The notes below the pieces were generated by a model. The model was given only the letters and a program-made list of their open reading frames with translations. It searched no databases and was not told the origin of the DNA. Shown piece after piece: positions 26,894 to 36,013 of a stretch of DNA of 64,000 nt. The position numbers and the translations under genes were made by a program. This stretch comes from an uncultured Acidimicrobiaceae bacterium (lineage in GTDB: Bacteria; Actinomycetota; Acidimicrobiia; Spongiisociales; ZC4RG35), in the NCBI GenBank assembly GCA_964645875.1, contig CAZYCX010000002.1, forward strand, positions 4,354 to 68,353, written 5' to 3'. The number at the start of each line of letters is the position of its first letter. The stretch's first letter is position 1.

Positions 26894-27882
26894 CCCGGTG
26901 ACTCATCGGCTGGGCCCGCGGCCACCACCCACTCGTCGACCTGGGCCCAGAGTCGGTAGAGCCACTGCACGCGTCCGGCGTGCGACCGCGGGATCTGCTC
27001 CCGAGGAACCCGCCACAGGACCACATCTACCCGGGATCCGACCAGGTCACCCCGCCAGATCTCCTTCAGCGTGGCAAGACCCTCCAGGCCACGATGTGCC
27101 AGAACCACTACATCGGCGTCGGTGGCGTCGAGGATCGCGAGTGTCCCGCCCGGCTTGGGGGGAAGCACCCGGCGAAGCCCGGCGATCACCTCGGCGTGGT
27201 CGCCCTCCGCCGGAACCCGCCGCTGGGCCCGGGCCAGCTTCTCCACTGAAAACCGGGTGCCCTCGGGATAGATCAGGATCCCGTCACCCGCGCCCATTCC
27301 CTCGGCCAGGGACTCGATCGCCTCTCGCTCAGTGAGATCACGGGAGGCGCGATCGACGAAGACGTTGGGGAGACGGTTCCCGGCGATGTCGAGTGCGGGG
27401 TCGATCTGAAGCTCCCTTTTGAGAACATATCTGAGGCAAAGACCCGTCGGTCTGGCCACGAAGCGCGCCGGGAGCAGAGTGTCCACGATGGAGGCATGAC
27501 GGGAGAGCAAGACGATGGGCCCCGGCAATAGGGTCTCCCCACCGGTCACCTCGAACCGGACGGAGAACAGCCATCGCAATGCGACCAGGTTCCAACCTGC
27601 CCATTTGTCTTGGAGCCGGTATGTGGTCTCGCTGCGGGCCCGGGCCGGAAAAAGGGCGGTGACGGCGAGAGCGCCCAACGCCCAGACCTCTCCGAGGAGG
27701 TAGACCCAGAGAAGGGCCAGCGAGCGCAGAGCCATGGCGGGACGATCCCTCACGACACGGCGTGCCAGATCGACGACGGCCGCGACCAAGGCGAGCACCG
27801 GGCCGAGAGCCGTCAGTACGGCGAAGCCGACCACCACCGAAGTCACGGTCAACGAGCGGCGTAGGAGCGAGTTGGACGGCAT
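26890..27882 (-). CDS. lysophospholipid / 1-acyl-sn-glycerol-3-phosphate acyltransferase family protein (PlsC-like) with N-terminal TM region
   Basis: HX4D block LSRHASIVDTLL and YPEGTR block; ATGA coupling to photolyase remnant. Confidence 0.8.
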   Translation of the reverse strand: MPSNSLLRRSLTVTSVVVGFAVLTALGPVLALVAAVVDLARRVVRDRPAMALRSLALLWVYLLGEVWALGALAVTALFPARARSETTYRLQDKWAGWNLVALRWLFSVRFEVTGGETLLPGPIVLLSRHASIVDTLLPARFVARPTGLCLRYVLKRELQIDPALDIAGNRLPNVFVDRASRDLTEREAIESLAEGMGAGDGILIYPEGTRFSVEKLARAQRRVPAEGDHAEVIAGLRRVLPPKPGGTLAILDATDADVVVLAHRGLEGLATLKEIWRGDLVGSRVDVVLWRVPREQIPRSHAGRVQWLYRLWAQVDEWVVAAGPADESPG

Positions 27883-27961
27883 GAGGCTCGGATCACACTA
27901 GGACCAAGGCTCGCACCACTAACTTCGTCGTCGATGACCCTTGCGGATGCCGTTCCCCACC

Positions 27962-28013
27962 CGTTTTCGCGCATCGGCTGCGCTGAAGACGCGCCATTTG
28001 GTGCGCGAGAACG
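27962..28013 (+). ncRNA. family-1 structured element copy 1 (19-bp-arm hairpin with GCGC-tGAAgA-GCGC apical stem)
   Basis: About 85% identical to copy at 57804-57855; arm substitutions are G·U-compatible on + strand only; ends 3 nt before GTG 28017. Confidence 0.45.
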
Positions 28014-28016
28014 TCT

Positions 28017-29165
28017 GTGATCTCGGCGTTCTTCTTCACCTGGTTCGCAGCCGCCTGCATATGGACGGTCAATGCGCTGAGACGGCCGGTGCCGCCACAC
28101 CGTCGGTTCCCCCCACTCTGGCTCCCCGCCATGCTCATCTCCGAACTGGCACCTCTCTACTTCTTGCTCAGGGCCTCGATCGCAGCCGGGTTCCTGGCCT
28201 TAGGCGCTGCCGACCGGCCTATCGGAGTCGCCGGGACCTGGCTGTTCGGCGTGTCGGAGTTGGGCCTGGTCGTGCTCATGGCACGGACGGTGAAGGCGGC
28301 CCGGGATACGGGGCGTGCGCCCTCCCTGTGGACCCTCTTCAAGGTGTGGGAGCGACTGCCTCCCGGTGTCGAACGAGCCGAGCAGATCATCTACTGGGAC
28401 TCGTTCACCCTCGACAGTTACGCCCGCGCCCGCCTGGTTCGGGCACCGACCCTGATCTACGTCCATCCGGGAAGCTGGATGCGGGGCCGTCCTGGTAGGC
28501 AGGCGCGTGCAATGTTCTACCGTCTCGCCAAGCGGGGCTGGGTGATTCTCGACATCAGGTATCCGCTGTCTCCCGACGCCACATTCCCGGAGCATCTCGT
28601 CGGTGTGAAGCGCGCCATTGCCTGGGCCAAGGGCGAGGGTCGCCGTCTCGGGATCGATCCGGGACGGGTCGTCATCTCCGGTGGATCATCGGGTGCGCAC
28701 CTGGCCGCTCTCGCCGCACTGACCGGGGACGAGATGGGATTGCAGCCCGGTTTCGAGCACGCCGACGTCTCAGTCGTCGCCTGTGTCCCGTTCTATGGGA
28801 TATACGACCTGCTGATCCGCAATCCCACCCGGTACGACTGGCCGTTCATCGCCACCACCGTGATGAAGGCACCGGCGGCGGAGGCCCCCGACCTCTACCG
28901 CTTGGGTTCTCCGATCGACCAGGTCCATCCTGAGGCTCCCCCATTCCTCGTGGTTCACGGTGAGTACGACTCTTTGGTCCTTCCGGCGGAATCGGAGCAC
29001 TTCGTGGCCGTATTGCGCGCCGCAGGTGTGGATGTCGAGTATCTGGAGGTTCCTGGAGCCCAGCATGGCTTCGACGCTGTCGCCTCGCTCCGAACCCGTG
29101 CCGTCGCCAGCCTGTGCGTCGACTGGCTCACCGCCAAGGTCCCCGATCACTCGAGCCTCAGTTAG
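28017..29165 (+). CDS. alpha/beta hydrolase (esterase/lipase, GGSSGAH nucleophile elbow) with N-terminal membrane segments
   Basis: HPGSWMRG oxyanion region, GGSSGA, C-terminal HGEYD/His region. Confidence 0.8.
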   Translation: MISAFFFTWFAAACIWTVNALRRPVPPHRRFPPLWLPAMLISELAPLYFLLRASIAAGFLALGAADRPIGVAGTWLFGVSELGLVVLMARTVKAARDTGRAPSLWTLFKVWERLPPGVERAEQIIYWDSFTLDSYARARLVRAPTLIYVHPGSWMRGRPGRQARAMFYRLAKRGWVILDIRYPLSPDATFPEHLVGVKRAIAWAKGEGRRLGIDPGRVVISGGSSGAHLAALAALTGDEMGLQPGFEHADVSVVACVPFYGIYDLLIRNPTRYDWPFIATTVMKAPAAEAPDLYRLGSPIDQVHPEAPPFLVVHGEYDSLVLPAESEHFVAVLRAAGVDVEYLEVPGAQHGFDAVASLRTRAVASLCVDWLTAKVPDHSSLS

Positions 29166-29238
29166 TGGGATCCGAAATGACACGCACAGCCTCGAGTTCA
29201 CCCGCGCATCCGATCTCCCGCTCCCTAGTCTGGACACG

Positions 29239-30216
29239 GTGACGCACATTCTCGGGTTCGGGGGATACGCGCCAGAGCGAGTGGTGACCAACGACGAATG
29301 GGCGAAGCTGGTCGACACCAGCGACGAGTGGATCACCCAGCGCACCGGTATCAAGCGACGCCGTTACGCCGCAGAGGACGAGACCACGATGACCCTCGCC
29401 GCCGACGCCGCCGCGGCCGCACTCATGGACTCGGACCTGACCCCTGACGACATCGACGAGATCGTCCTCGCCACGGACACCCCCGAGATGATGACTCCTG
29501 ACACCGCCGCCTTGGTCCAGCATCGTCTCGGCTGTCGGAACATTCCTACCTATGACCTGGGTGGTAGCGGCTGCGCCGGGTTCGTCCAAGCGCTGGACGT
29601 GGCACGCTCACGGATCCTGGTCGACCCCAAGAGGATCTTGGTCATCGGAGTCGAACTCATCTCCCGGATGATCTCCCAGGAGGACCGGGCTACGGCGATC
29701 CTGTTCGGCGATGGTGCCGGCGCGGTGGTCATGGGGCCGGACGCGGGCCGGGCGGAGGTGCTCGGAGTGGTGGCGGGTACGGACGGAGGATCCGCCGAGA
29801 TACTGACCCTGGCCGCCGGAGGGACCCGCAACCCCTTCAACGCCCATTCGTTGGCCAACGGCGATTACAACCGGCTGGTGATGGACGGTCGAAAGATCTT
29901 CGTCGAGGCGGTGAAGAGGATGTCCGAGGCGGCGTCCGATGTCGTCGACAAGGTCGGCAGGTCGCTGGCGGACGTGCAACTCGTCATCCCCCATCAGGCC
30001 AACCTCCGGATAATCGAAGCGGTGCGCAAGAAGCTCGGTCTGGGTGAGGAGTCCGTCTACGTCAACATCCATGAGTACGGCAACACCGGCTCGGCCACGG
30101 TTCCGCTCGCCATGTGGGAGGCGGTCAATGCGGGGCGAATAGCCCCGGGAGACCTCGTGGTGTTGACCGCGTTCGGCGCCGGCTTCCACTGGGCCGCGGC
30201 GGCCGTGCAGTTCTGA
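29239..30216 (+). CDS. FabH-like 3-oxoacyl-ACP synthase III paralog 2 (325 aa)
   Basis: GTG start (VTHILGFGGYAPERVVTNDEWAKLVDTSDEWITQRTGI), Cys GGSGCAGF, His HQANLRI, Asn GNTGSATVP. Confidence 0.85.
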   Translation: MTHILGFGGYAPERVVTNDEWAKLVDTSDEWITQRTGIKRRRYAAEDETTMTLAADAAAAALMDSDLTPDDIDEIVLATDTPEMMTPDTAALVQHRLGCRNIPTYDLGGSGCAGFVQALDVARSRILVDPKRILVIGVELISRMISQEDRATAILFGDGAGAVVMGPDAGRAEVLGVVAGTDGGSAEILTLAAGGTRNPFNAHSLANGDYNRLVMDGRKIFVEAVKRMSEAASDVVDKVGRSLADVQLVIPHQANLRIIEAVRKKLGLGEESVYVNIHEYGNTGSATVPLAMWEAVNAGRIAPGDLVVLTAFGAGFHWAAAAVQF

Positions 30217-30225
30217 CCTCCCGAC

Positions 30226-31362
30226 TCAGATCCTGTCGAGGAAGTTCGCGAGGTACCTCTCGTAGCGTTCGGGGTCGGCGTTCCAACTCATGACGTGGCC
30301 GGCCGCGGGCGACTCCACGAGCTCGACCAGGTTCGGGACCAGAGCCTCCAAGCGGCGACTCACCGAGATCGGAACGGTCTGATCCGAGGTGCCGTGGAAG
30401 ACCAGCGCCGGGATCCTGACGATCTGAGAGGCATGCTCCACGAAGTTGGTCGCTTCCCAGTCGACCCCCCAGCGCAGGTGTGCGATCCACATCCCGAAGT
30501 CGATCATCAGAGGCGTCGCTCGCATGTCCCCCGTCCCGTGCCGAACCACCTCGGAGAGGACGAGGTTGGGAGCGTCGAGGACGATTCCGGTGACTGCCTT
30601 CGCCAGTCGCGAGCGCTCGAGGAACGACATCACCAGCGCGCCACCGGTCGAACAGCCGGTGAGCACCACCTGCTCGGCTCCCCGGTCCAACACCCATCGC
30701 ACCGCTGCCTCCAAGTCTTCCCACTCGGTCATCCCGAACTGGTGGCGACCTGAGGGGTCCGCGGGGCGGTCGGGGTCGTTGCGATAGTCGATGACCAGGG
30801 AGGTGAGCCCGTGGCGGTTGAAGGTGGGGAGCATGCGGACCAGCTCGCGTCGTTCCGCCGCCCACCCGTGGCAGTGGATGGCCCAGGTGTCAGGGCTCCC
30901 GCCCGGAACCAGCCACGCCTGCATGTCTCCCAGAGGTGACCGATAGACCACCGTCTGGAACGGGAGACCGACATCGCCCGGATCCCAGAACACGTGCGGA
31001 TCGAGCTCCACCGGAGGGCATGACTCGAGCTCACCCACACAGATCGGAGGCATCCCTCGCACCGGTTCGAAACGGCGGATGAATCGGGTGCCATCGACGT
31101 CGAGCAGGTCTCCCACCCTCCCATGACCACCTTTCCAGACCAGCCCCAACGTGCCGGGGTGCCCGGTGTCCTGGCGTGGGCCCGGTGCCTCCAGGACGAT
31201 CCGATCCGAAGAAACCTCTCTCACCCTCACTGCCAGGTCCTTGGAGCGGGGTCTCACCGCGAGCATCTCCCGGTGGAGGCCGTTGGCGACGAACCATCCC
31301 ACGACGAGATGGACCAGTGCCAACAGCGCGACACCGTATGCGACGACGACGAGGAAGGTCAT
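30226..31362 (-). CDS. alpha/beta hydrolase with N-terminal TM anchor (GCSTGG nucleophile)
   Basis: HCHGWAA oxyanion region, GCSTGGALV, HGTSDQTVP; membrane-anchored. Confidence 0.75.
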   Translation of the reverse strand: MTFLVVVAYGVALLALVHLVVGWFVANGLHREMLAVRPRSKDLAVRVREVSSDRIVLEAPGPRQDTGHPGTLGLVWKGGHGRVGDLLDVDGTRFIRRFEPVRGMPPICVGELESCPPVELDPHVFWDPGDVGLPFQTVVYRSPLGDMQAWLVPGGSPDTWAIHCHGWAAERRELVRMLPTFNRHGLTSLVIDYRNDPDRPADPSGRHQFGMTEWEDLEAAVRWVLDRGAEQVVLTGCSTGGALVMSFLERSRLAKAVTGIVLDAPNLVLSEVVRHGTGDMRATPLMIDFGMWIAHLRWGVDWEATNFVEHASQIVRIPALVFHGTSDQTVPISVSRRLEALVPNLVELVESPAAGHVMSWNADPERYERYLANFLDRI

Positions 31363-31468
31363 CGGTCCAGTCTGGTTTGGGCTCGCGGTAAGAGCGGTCC
31401 AGGTGGAGATGAGAGCCTTCTCATGCTCTCCTCATTCGGGTCTCACCCTGTGATGCGATCGTCGGGAC

Positions 31469-32731
31469 ATGGATCGCATGGCGGCGCGCCCGCATCATCC
31501 CAACGACGACGAGCTGGGCGGTTTCGACGAACTGATCCACAGCCCCCTGCCCGGCCCCGTCGCCGCCATCTTCGAAGCGGCCGGCACGACGATCGATTCG
31601 ATCGCGCTGATCCAGAACACCTGGCGGCCGGGGAAGCAACTCACGGTGCGATACCGGATTTCAGGCTCCGAGGGCGAGCTATCCGGCGACAACGACGTGG
31701 TGGCCACCATCGGCCGGATCCCCGCCGGTGCCGCGATCGTGGAGGGACCGGATGGGCGTGTTGGGCTCTGGGTGGTCCCCGACGACCCGATGCTGCCCGG
31801 GCTGCGCTCCACACTCGACGTTCCGACGGTCAGCAGGATCCTCGCCGATCTCGGTTCCACCGATGAGGTGTCACGGACCCGGCTTCGCTCCTATCGCCCG
31901 GGACGACGGGCGGTGGTGGAGGTTCGGGCGGGCCGGTCGTCGATCTTTCTGAAAGTGGTTCCTCCGCCGCAAGTCGACGAGCTGCACGAGAAGCATCGGT
32001 TCCTCTCCGATTTCCTGCCGGTTCCCGACAGCCTGGGTGTCGCTCCCGATCTTGGAGTAGTCGTGATGAGAGCTCTTCCCGGCAACGATCTACGCACGGC
32101 CCTGAGAGCGGGTAGCCATCCACTTCCTGACGCGGTGACCCTCGCCCGCATGGTCGAGGGATTGCCGCAGCCACCGGCCGAGTGGACATCGAAGTCACCG
32201 ATCGAGACCTTGCCGAACCTGGTCGCCCTGCTCGGCGGGCTCCTGCCAGCGACGAGCGACCGCCTCGGTCTGCTCGCCCGCGAGATCGGATCGGAGCGTG
32301 GCGCGGGGCGAGTGCCGGTGCATGGAGACTTCCACGAGGCGCAGATACTCACCAGGGGTGGGATGCCGATCGGCCTCATCGACGTCGACACCTATGGATG
32401 GGGTCGCCCCGGCGACGACCCGGCCACGATGCTGGCCCACCTCCATCTGCTCTCCTCGAGCTGCACGAACCCGGCGCAGACGATGAGCCTGGCTCGTGAC
32501 CTCAACCTCTACTGGGACACGAAGGTCGATCCCACCGATCTGCGACTGAGGACTGCTGCCGTGGTGCTGGGACTGGCCACCGGGCCTTTCCGGGTGAACC
32601 GCCCCAACTGGGTGACCGAAACGATCGAGCGTATAGAGATTGCCGAGCAGTGGGTCCAGAGCGCGCGACGAGTCGATGAGAGAAGTCTCATCGCCACCTC
32701 AGGGAGGCCTCACGAGGGTCTCGCATCATGA
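31469..32731 (+). CDS. phosphotransferase enzyme family protein (APH / protein-kinase-like fold)
   Basis: VHGDFHEAQIL (Brenner HGDxxxxN-like), IDVDTYGWG (DxD metal site). Confidence 0.7.
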   Translation: MDRMAARPHHPNDDELGGFDELIHSPLPGPVAAIFEAAGTTIDSIALIQNTWRPGKQLTVRYRISGSEGELSGDNDVVATIGRIPAGAAIVEGPDGRVGLWVVPDDPMLPGLRSTLDVPTVSRILADLGSTDEVSRTRLRSYRPGRRAVVEVRAGRSSIFLKVVPPPQVDELHEKHRFLSDFLPVPDSLGVAPDLGVVVMRALPGNDLRTALRAGSHPLPDAVTLARMVEGLPQPPAEWTSKSPIETLPNLVALLGGLLPATSDRLGLLAREIGSERGAGRVPVHGDFHEAQILTRGGMPIGLIDVDTYGWGRPGDDPATMLAHLHLLSSSCTNPAQTMSLARDLNLYWDTKVDPTDLRLRTAAVVLGLATGPFRVNRPNWVTETIERIEIAEQWVQSARRVDERSLIATSGRPHEGLAS

Positions 32732-32765
32732 TCAATATCAGATCAGACAAGAACGAGGAGTGACC

Positions 32766-33191
32766 ATGCAGACACGTGAGCAAGTCAAGAACTGGAAGGT
32801 CGTGGCGAGCGTCGCCACCGTGGCGGCACTGGGTGTGAGCGGACTGGCCATAGCCAGCCCCGGGGACCCGGCCGACACCCCGCCCCCGATCGAGATCCAG
32901 GACACCCGAGACAAAGGCACTGTTTTCACCACGCCCACCAATCCGGACTTCGAGGTCGTGCCCGCCCCGTCGTTCACGATGGACGACTCGTTCGACTCAC
33001 CATTGGCGAGTGCCGACACCGAGGATTCGCCCGACTCCTCGCCCGAGATCCAGGACTTCTCGGACGATTCTCCAGACGACTCCCCGGTGACGACGTCGGC
33101 GCAGGACTCTCCGGATGACTCCCCCGACGACTCCCCCGACGACTCCCCCGACGACTCCCCCGACGACTCCCCCGACTCGCTCGACACCTGA
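32766..33191 (+). CDS. secreted acidic low-complexity protein with (D-D-S-P)n tandem repeats
   Basis: RBS GAGGAG + ATG; signal peptide VASVATVAALGVSGLAIASPG; C-terminal DSPDDSPDDSPDDSP. Confidence 0.65.
   Translation: MQTREQVKNWKVVASVATVAALGVSGLAIASPGDPADTPPPIEIQDTRDKGTVFTTPTNPDFEVVPAPSFTMDDSFDSPLASADTEDSPDSSPEIQDFSDDSPDDSPVTTSAQDSPDDSPDDSPDDSPDDSPDDSPDSLDT
33109..33176 (+). repeat. 12-bp tandem repeat (gacgactccccc)x5 inside acidic-protein gene
   Basis: Directly visible near-perfect 12-bp units encoding D-D-S-P. Confidence 0.8.
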
Positions 33192-33264
33192 ACCAGACCT
33201 CAGACGGGGGAGCCGCCGCCCCCCTGCCCCATGCGGCTTCCCCGTCTCCTCTGCCTAACCTCCC

Positions 33265-34704
33265 ATGGTGAACACCGACCCTGAGACCAATGACGCCCAG
33301 AGTCGGCGTTCGTCGTCGGTGCGGGTCCGGATCCTGGGCTGGTATGTAGCCCTCCTCGCCATCTCCCTCATCGCCGCCCTCTTCCTCCAGCGCACCTTCC
33401 TCCTCGCCCAGGCTGAAGCGGATGTGGAGAGCGCCCTCGACCAGGAGGTGGAGGAGTTGGGCGCACTCGTCGGGGGTGTCGACCCCGCCACCGGCGAGCC
33501 GTTCGGCGGGAACATCACGGCGATCTTCGACACGTTCCTCGCTCGCAACGTCCCCCTCGAAGGAGAGGGCCTGATCACGTTCGTGAACGAGGACATCTAC
33601 AAGACCGATGTCACCGGGGCACGGATCGCCCGCATCCCTGAAGCCGAGCGCTGGGGAGCTCTGGTCGACAGTGAGCGCGGGGTTCTCGACGATCCCACCC
33701 TCGGTGCGATCCACTATCTGGCCGTTCCCGTCGTCGGCGAGGAGGAGAGTGGCGTCTTCGTGGTCAGCGTCATGATGGAGAGCAGGCTCGCCGCGGTGAA
33801 CGACGTCATCCGGCTCGGAGCGGTCGTGTACGGCTCGATCTTCCTCCTCGCCTCTGCTCTTGCCTGGGTGGCCGCGGGGCGAATCCTCCGCCCACTGACC
33901 GACCTGTCCGAGACCGCGATGTCGATCAGCGACACCGACGACCTGTCGAAGCGGATCGAGGTGGACGGTGACGACGAGATCGCAGAGTTGGGAAGGACGT
34001 TCAACTCGATGCTCGACCGTCTAGATCATGCCTTTGCGTCACAGCAGAGGTTTGTCGACGACGCGGGTCACGAGTTGCGGACGCCTATAACCATCATCCG
34101 GGGAAACCTCGAGGTCATGGGTGACGACCCGGCCGAACGCGAAGAGACGGTCGCGCTGGTCACCGATGAGCTCGACCGCATGTCGCGGATCGTCGACGAC
34201 CTGCTCGACCTCGCCAAGGCCGAGCAGCCCGACTTCATCCAGCCCGGCCCCATGGACCTGGGCGAGTTCACCAACGACCTGGTGACCAAGGCTACGGCTC
34301 TCGACGATCGACCGTGGATAGTGGAGAGCATCGACCATGTGGTGGTGGAAGCGGACAGACATAGACTCAATCAGGCGATGATGAATCTCATTCGCAACAC
34401 GGTCGAGCACACCCCTCCCGGGACCGAAGTCCGGCTCGGGAGCCGCCTCGACTGGAGAGGAAACGTCCACCTGTGGGTCAGGGACGGCGGCGAGCCAATT
34501 CCCGAACCCGAGCGAGACCGGATCTTCGACAGGTTTGCCCGTGTCGAGACCGAACGACGGAAGACCGAGGGTGCCGGTCTCGGCCTCGCCATAGTGGCCG
34601 CCATCGCCGAGGCCCACGGGGGTCAGGTCACCCACGATGCTCCGTCAGGAGGGGGGAATCTCTTCACCATCACCATCCCCTCTGCTCCACCGGCGCCGGC
34701 GTGA
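33265..34704 (+). CDS. sensor histidine kinase (HAMP-HisKA-HATPase_c), OmpR-partner type
   Basis: TM + HAMP, H-box GHELRTPIT, N/G boxes (GAGLGLAIV). Confidence 0.9.
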   Translation: MVNTDPETNDAQSRRSSSVRVRILGWYVALLAISLIAALFLQRTFLLAQAEADVESALDQEVEELGALVGGVDPATGEPFGGNITAIFDTFLARNVPLEGEGLITFVNEDIYKTDVTGARIARIPEAERWGALVDSERGVLDDPTLGAIHYLAVPVVGEEESGVFVVSVMMESRLAAVNDVIRLGAVVYGSIFLLASALAWVAAGRILRPLTDLSETAMSISDTDDLSKRIEVDGDDEIAELGRTFNSMLDRLDHAFASQQRFVDDAGHELRTPITIIRGNLEVMGDDPAEREETVALVTDELDRMSRIVDDLLDLAKAEQPDFIQPGPMDLGEFTNDLVTKATALDDRPWIVESIDHVVVEADRHRLNQAMMNLIRNTVEHTPPGTEVRLGSRLDWRGNVHLWVRDGGEPIPEPERDRIFDRFARVETERRKTEGAGLGLAIVAAIAEAHGGQVTHDAPSGGGNLFTITIPSAPPAPA

Positions 34705-35369
34705 GCCGGGTTCTCATCGTCGAGGACGAGCCTGGAATCGCTTCGTTTCTCGAAAAGGGGCTCCGTGCCGAGGGATTCACGACGATGGTCGTCGGCGACG
34801 GTATCAGCGCGGCCGGCATCGCCCGCGACGACGCTTTCGACTTGATGATCCTGGACCTGGGTCTCCCCGGGATGGATGGCAGGGAGGTCCTGACCGACAT
34901 CCGTGCGCGCGGCGAGAAGATGCCCGTGATCATCCTCACCGCACGAAAGAGCGTCCAGGACACGGTGGCCGGCCTGGAGGGGGGTGCCGACGACTACGTC
35001 ACCAAGCCTTTCTCGTTCCAGGAGATCCTCGCCCGGGTCAGGGTCAGGCTCCGCGATGCGCCCACCGCCGATACGACCGTCCTCGAGTCCGGCGACATCA
35101 GCCTCGATCTGCGCACCAGGAGGGCGAAGGTGGGCGGAGCCGAGGTCGACCTGTCGGCGCGGGAGTTCGCTCTCGCCGAGACCCTGATGCAGCATCCCGG
35201 TCAGGTGCTCTCGCGCGAGCAACTCCTCTCCCGGGTGTGGGGCTACGACTTCGACCCGGGAAGCAACGTCGTCGACGTGTACGTGGGCTACCTGCGCAAG
35301 AAGTTGGGGAGCGACTCGATCCAGACCGTGCGCGGGATGGGTTATCGGTTCGTGTCCGCCTCCCACTGA
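34701..35369 (+). CDS. OmpR/PhoB-family response regulator
   Basis: GTG overlapping HK stop; REC (LILDLGLPGMDG, phospho-Asp) + winged-helix (VDVYVGYLRKKL). Confidence 0.9.
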   Translation: MSRVLIVEDEPGIASFLEKGLRAEGFTTMVVGDGISAAGIARDDAFDLMILDLGLPGMDGREVLTDIRARGEKMPVIILTARKSVQDTVAGLEGGADDYVTKPFSFQEILARVRVRLRDAPTADTTVLESGDISLDLRTRRAKVGGAEVDLSAREFALAETLMQHPGQVLSREQLLSRVWGYDFDPGSNVVDVYVGYLRKKLGSDSIQTVRGMGYRFVSASH

Positions 35370-36013
35370 ATCCGTTCGGAGGGCCCTTCGACATAGCCCT
35401 CCTCGTAGGCCAGCGCCGCCAGCTCGTGACGGCTGGCTACGGACAGCTTCTCGAATATGTGGCCCATGTGGTTCTCCAGTGTCTTCACGGAGATGCTGAG
35501 ACGATTGGCGGTCTCCCGGTATGAGTAGCCGCGGGCGATCAGATTCACGACCTCCCGCTCGCGCGGAGTCAGACGTTCGATCGAGGATCCTGCCGCGATG
35601 TCCTCGTCGATGTCGAGCAGGAAGGCCGCCACGTCGGGAGATACGGGACGTTGACCCTCGGCTGTCTGTTCGATCAGGTGTGGCAACTCGTCGGTCAGTG
35701 TGGTCTTGGTGATGTACCCGTCGACCCCCGCCTGCATCATCTGCACGACGTCGTCGCGTGAGCTCGAGACCGTCAGGGCCATGAAGAGGACGTCGGGCCG
35801 CTCTCCGCGCACTCCGCGGATCACCTCGGCACCGCCGCCGCCGGGTAGCTTGACGTCGAGCACCACCAACTCCGGCTCGGTGTCGAGGATTCCTGAGATG
35901 GCGCTGTCGACATCCGCGGCCTCGCCGACGATGTCGAAGGTCGAAGACAGCACCGATTTCATTCCGGCTCGCACGATGTCGTGATCATCGACGAGGAAGA
36001 CGCGACGCGTCAC
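35342..36013 (-). CDS. NarL/LuxR-family response regulator
   Basis: REC (LVVLDVKLPGGGG) + LuxR HTH (LTPREREVVNLIARGYSYRETANRLSISVKTLENH); 28-bp convergent overlap with OmpR-type RR 3' end. Confidence 0.9.
   Translation of the reverse strand: MTRRVFLVDDHDIVRAGMKSVLSSTFDIVGEAADVDSAISGILDTEPELVVLDVKLPGGGGAEVIRGVRGERPDVLFMALTVSSSRDDVVQMMQAGVDGYITKTTLTDELPHLIEQTAEGQRPVSPDVAAFLLDIDEDIAAGSSIERLTPREREVVNLIARGYSYRETANRLSISVKTLENHMGHIFEKLSVASRHELAALAYEEGYVEGPSERIQWEADTNR

Noticed and set aside
25373-31362. OleABCD-type olefin cluster hypothesis (FabH-like OleA + alpha/beta hydrolase OleB + SDR OleD)
   Set aside because: No AMP-dependent synthetase (OleC) present, the SDR is a pseudogene, and the hydrolases are membrane-anchored esterase-like rather than OleB-like.
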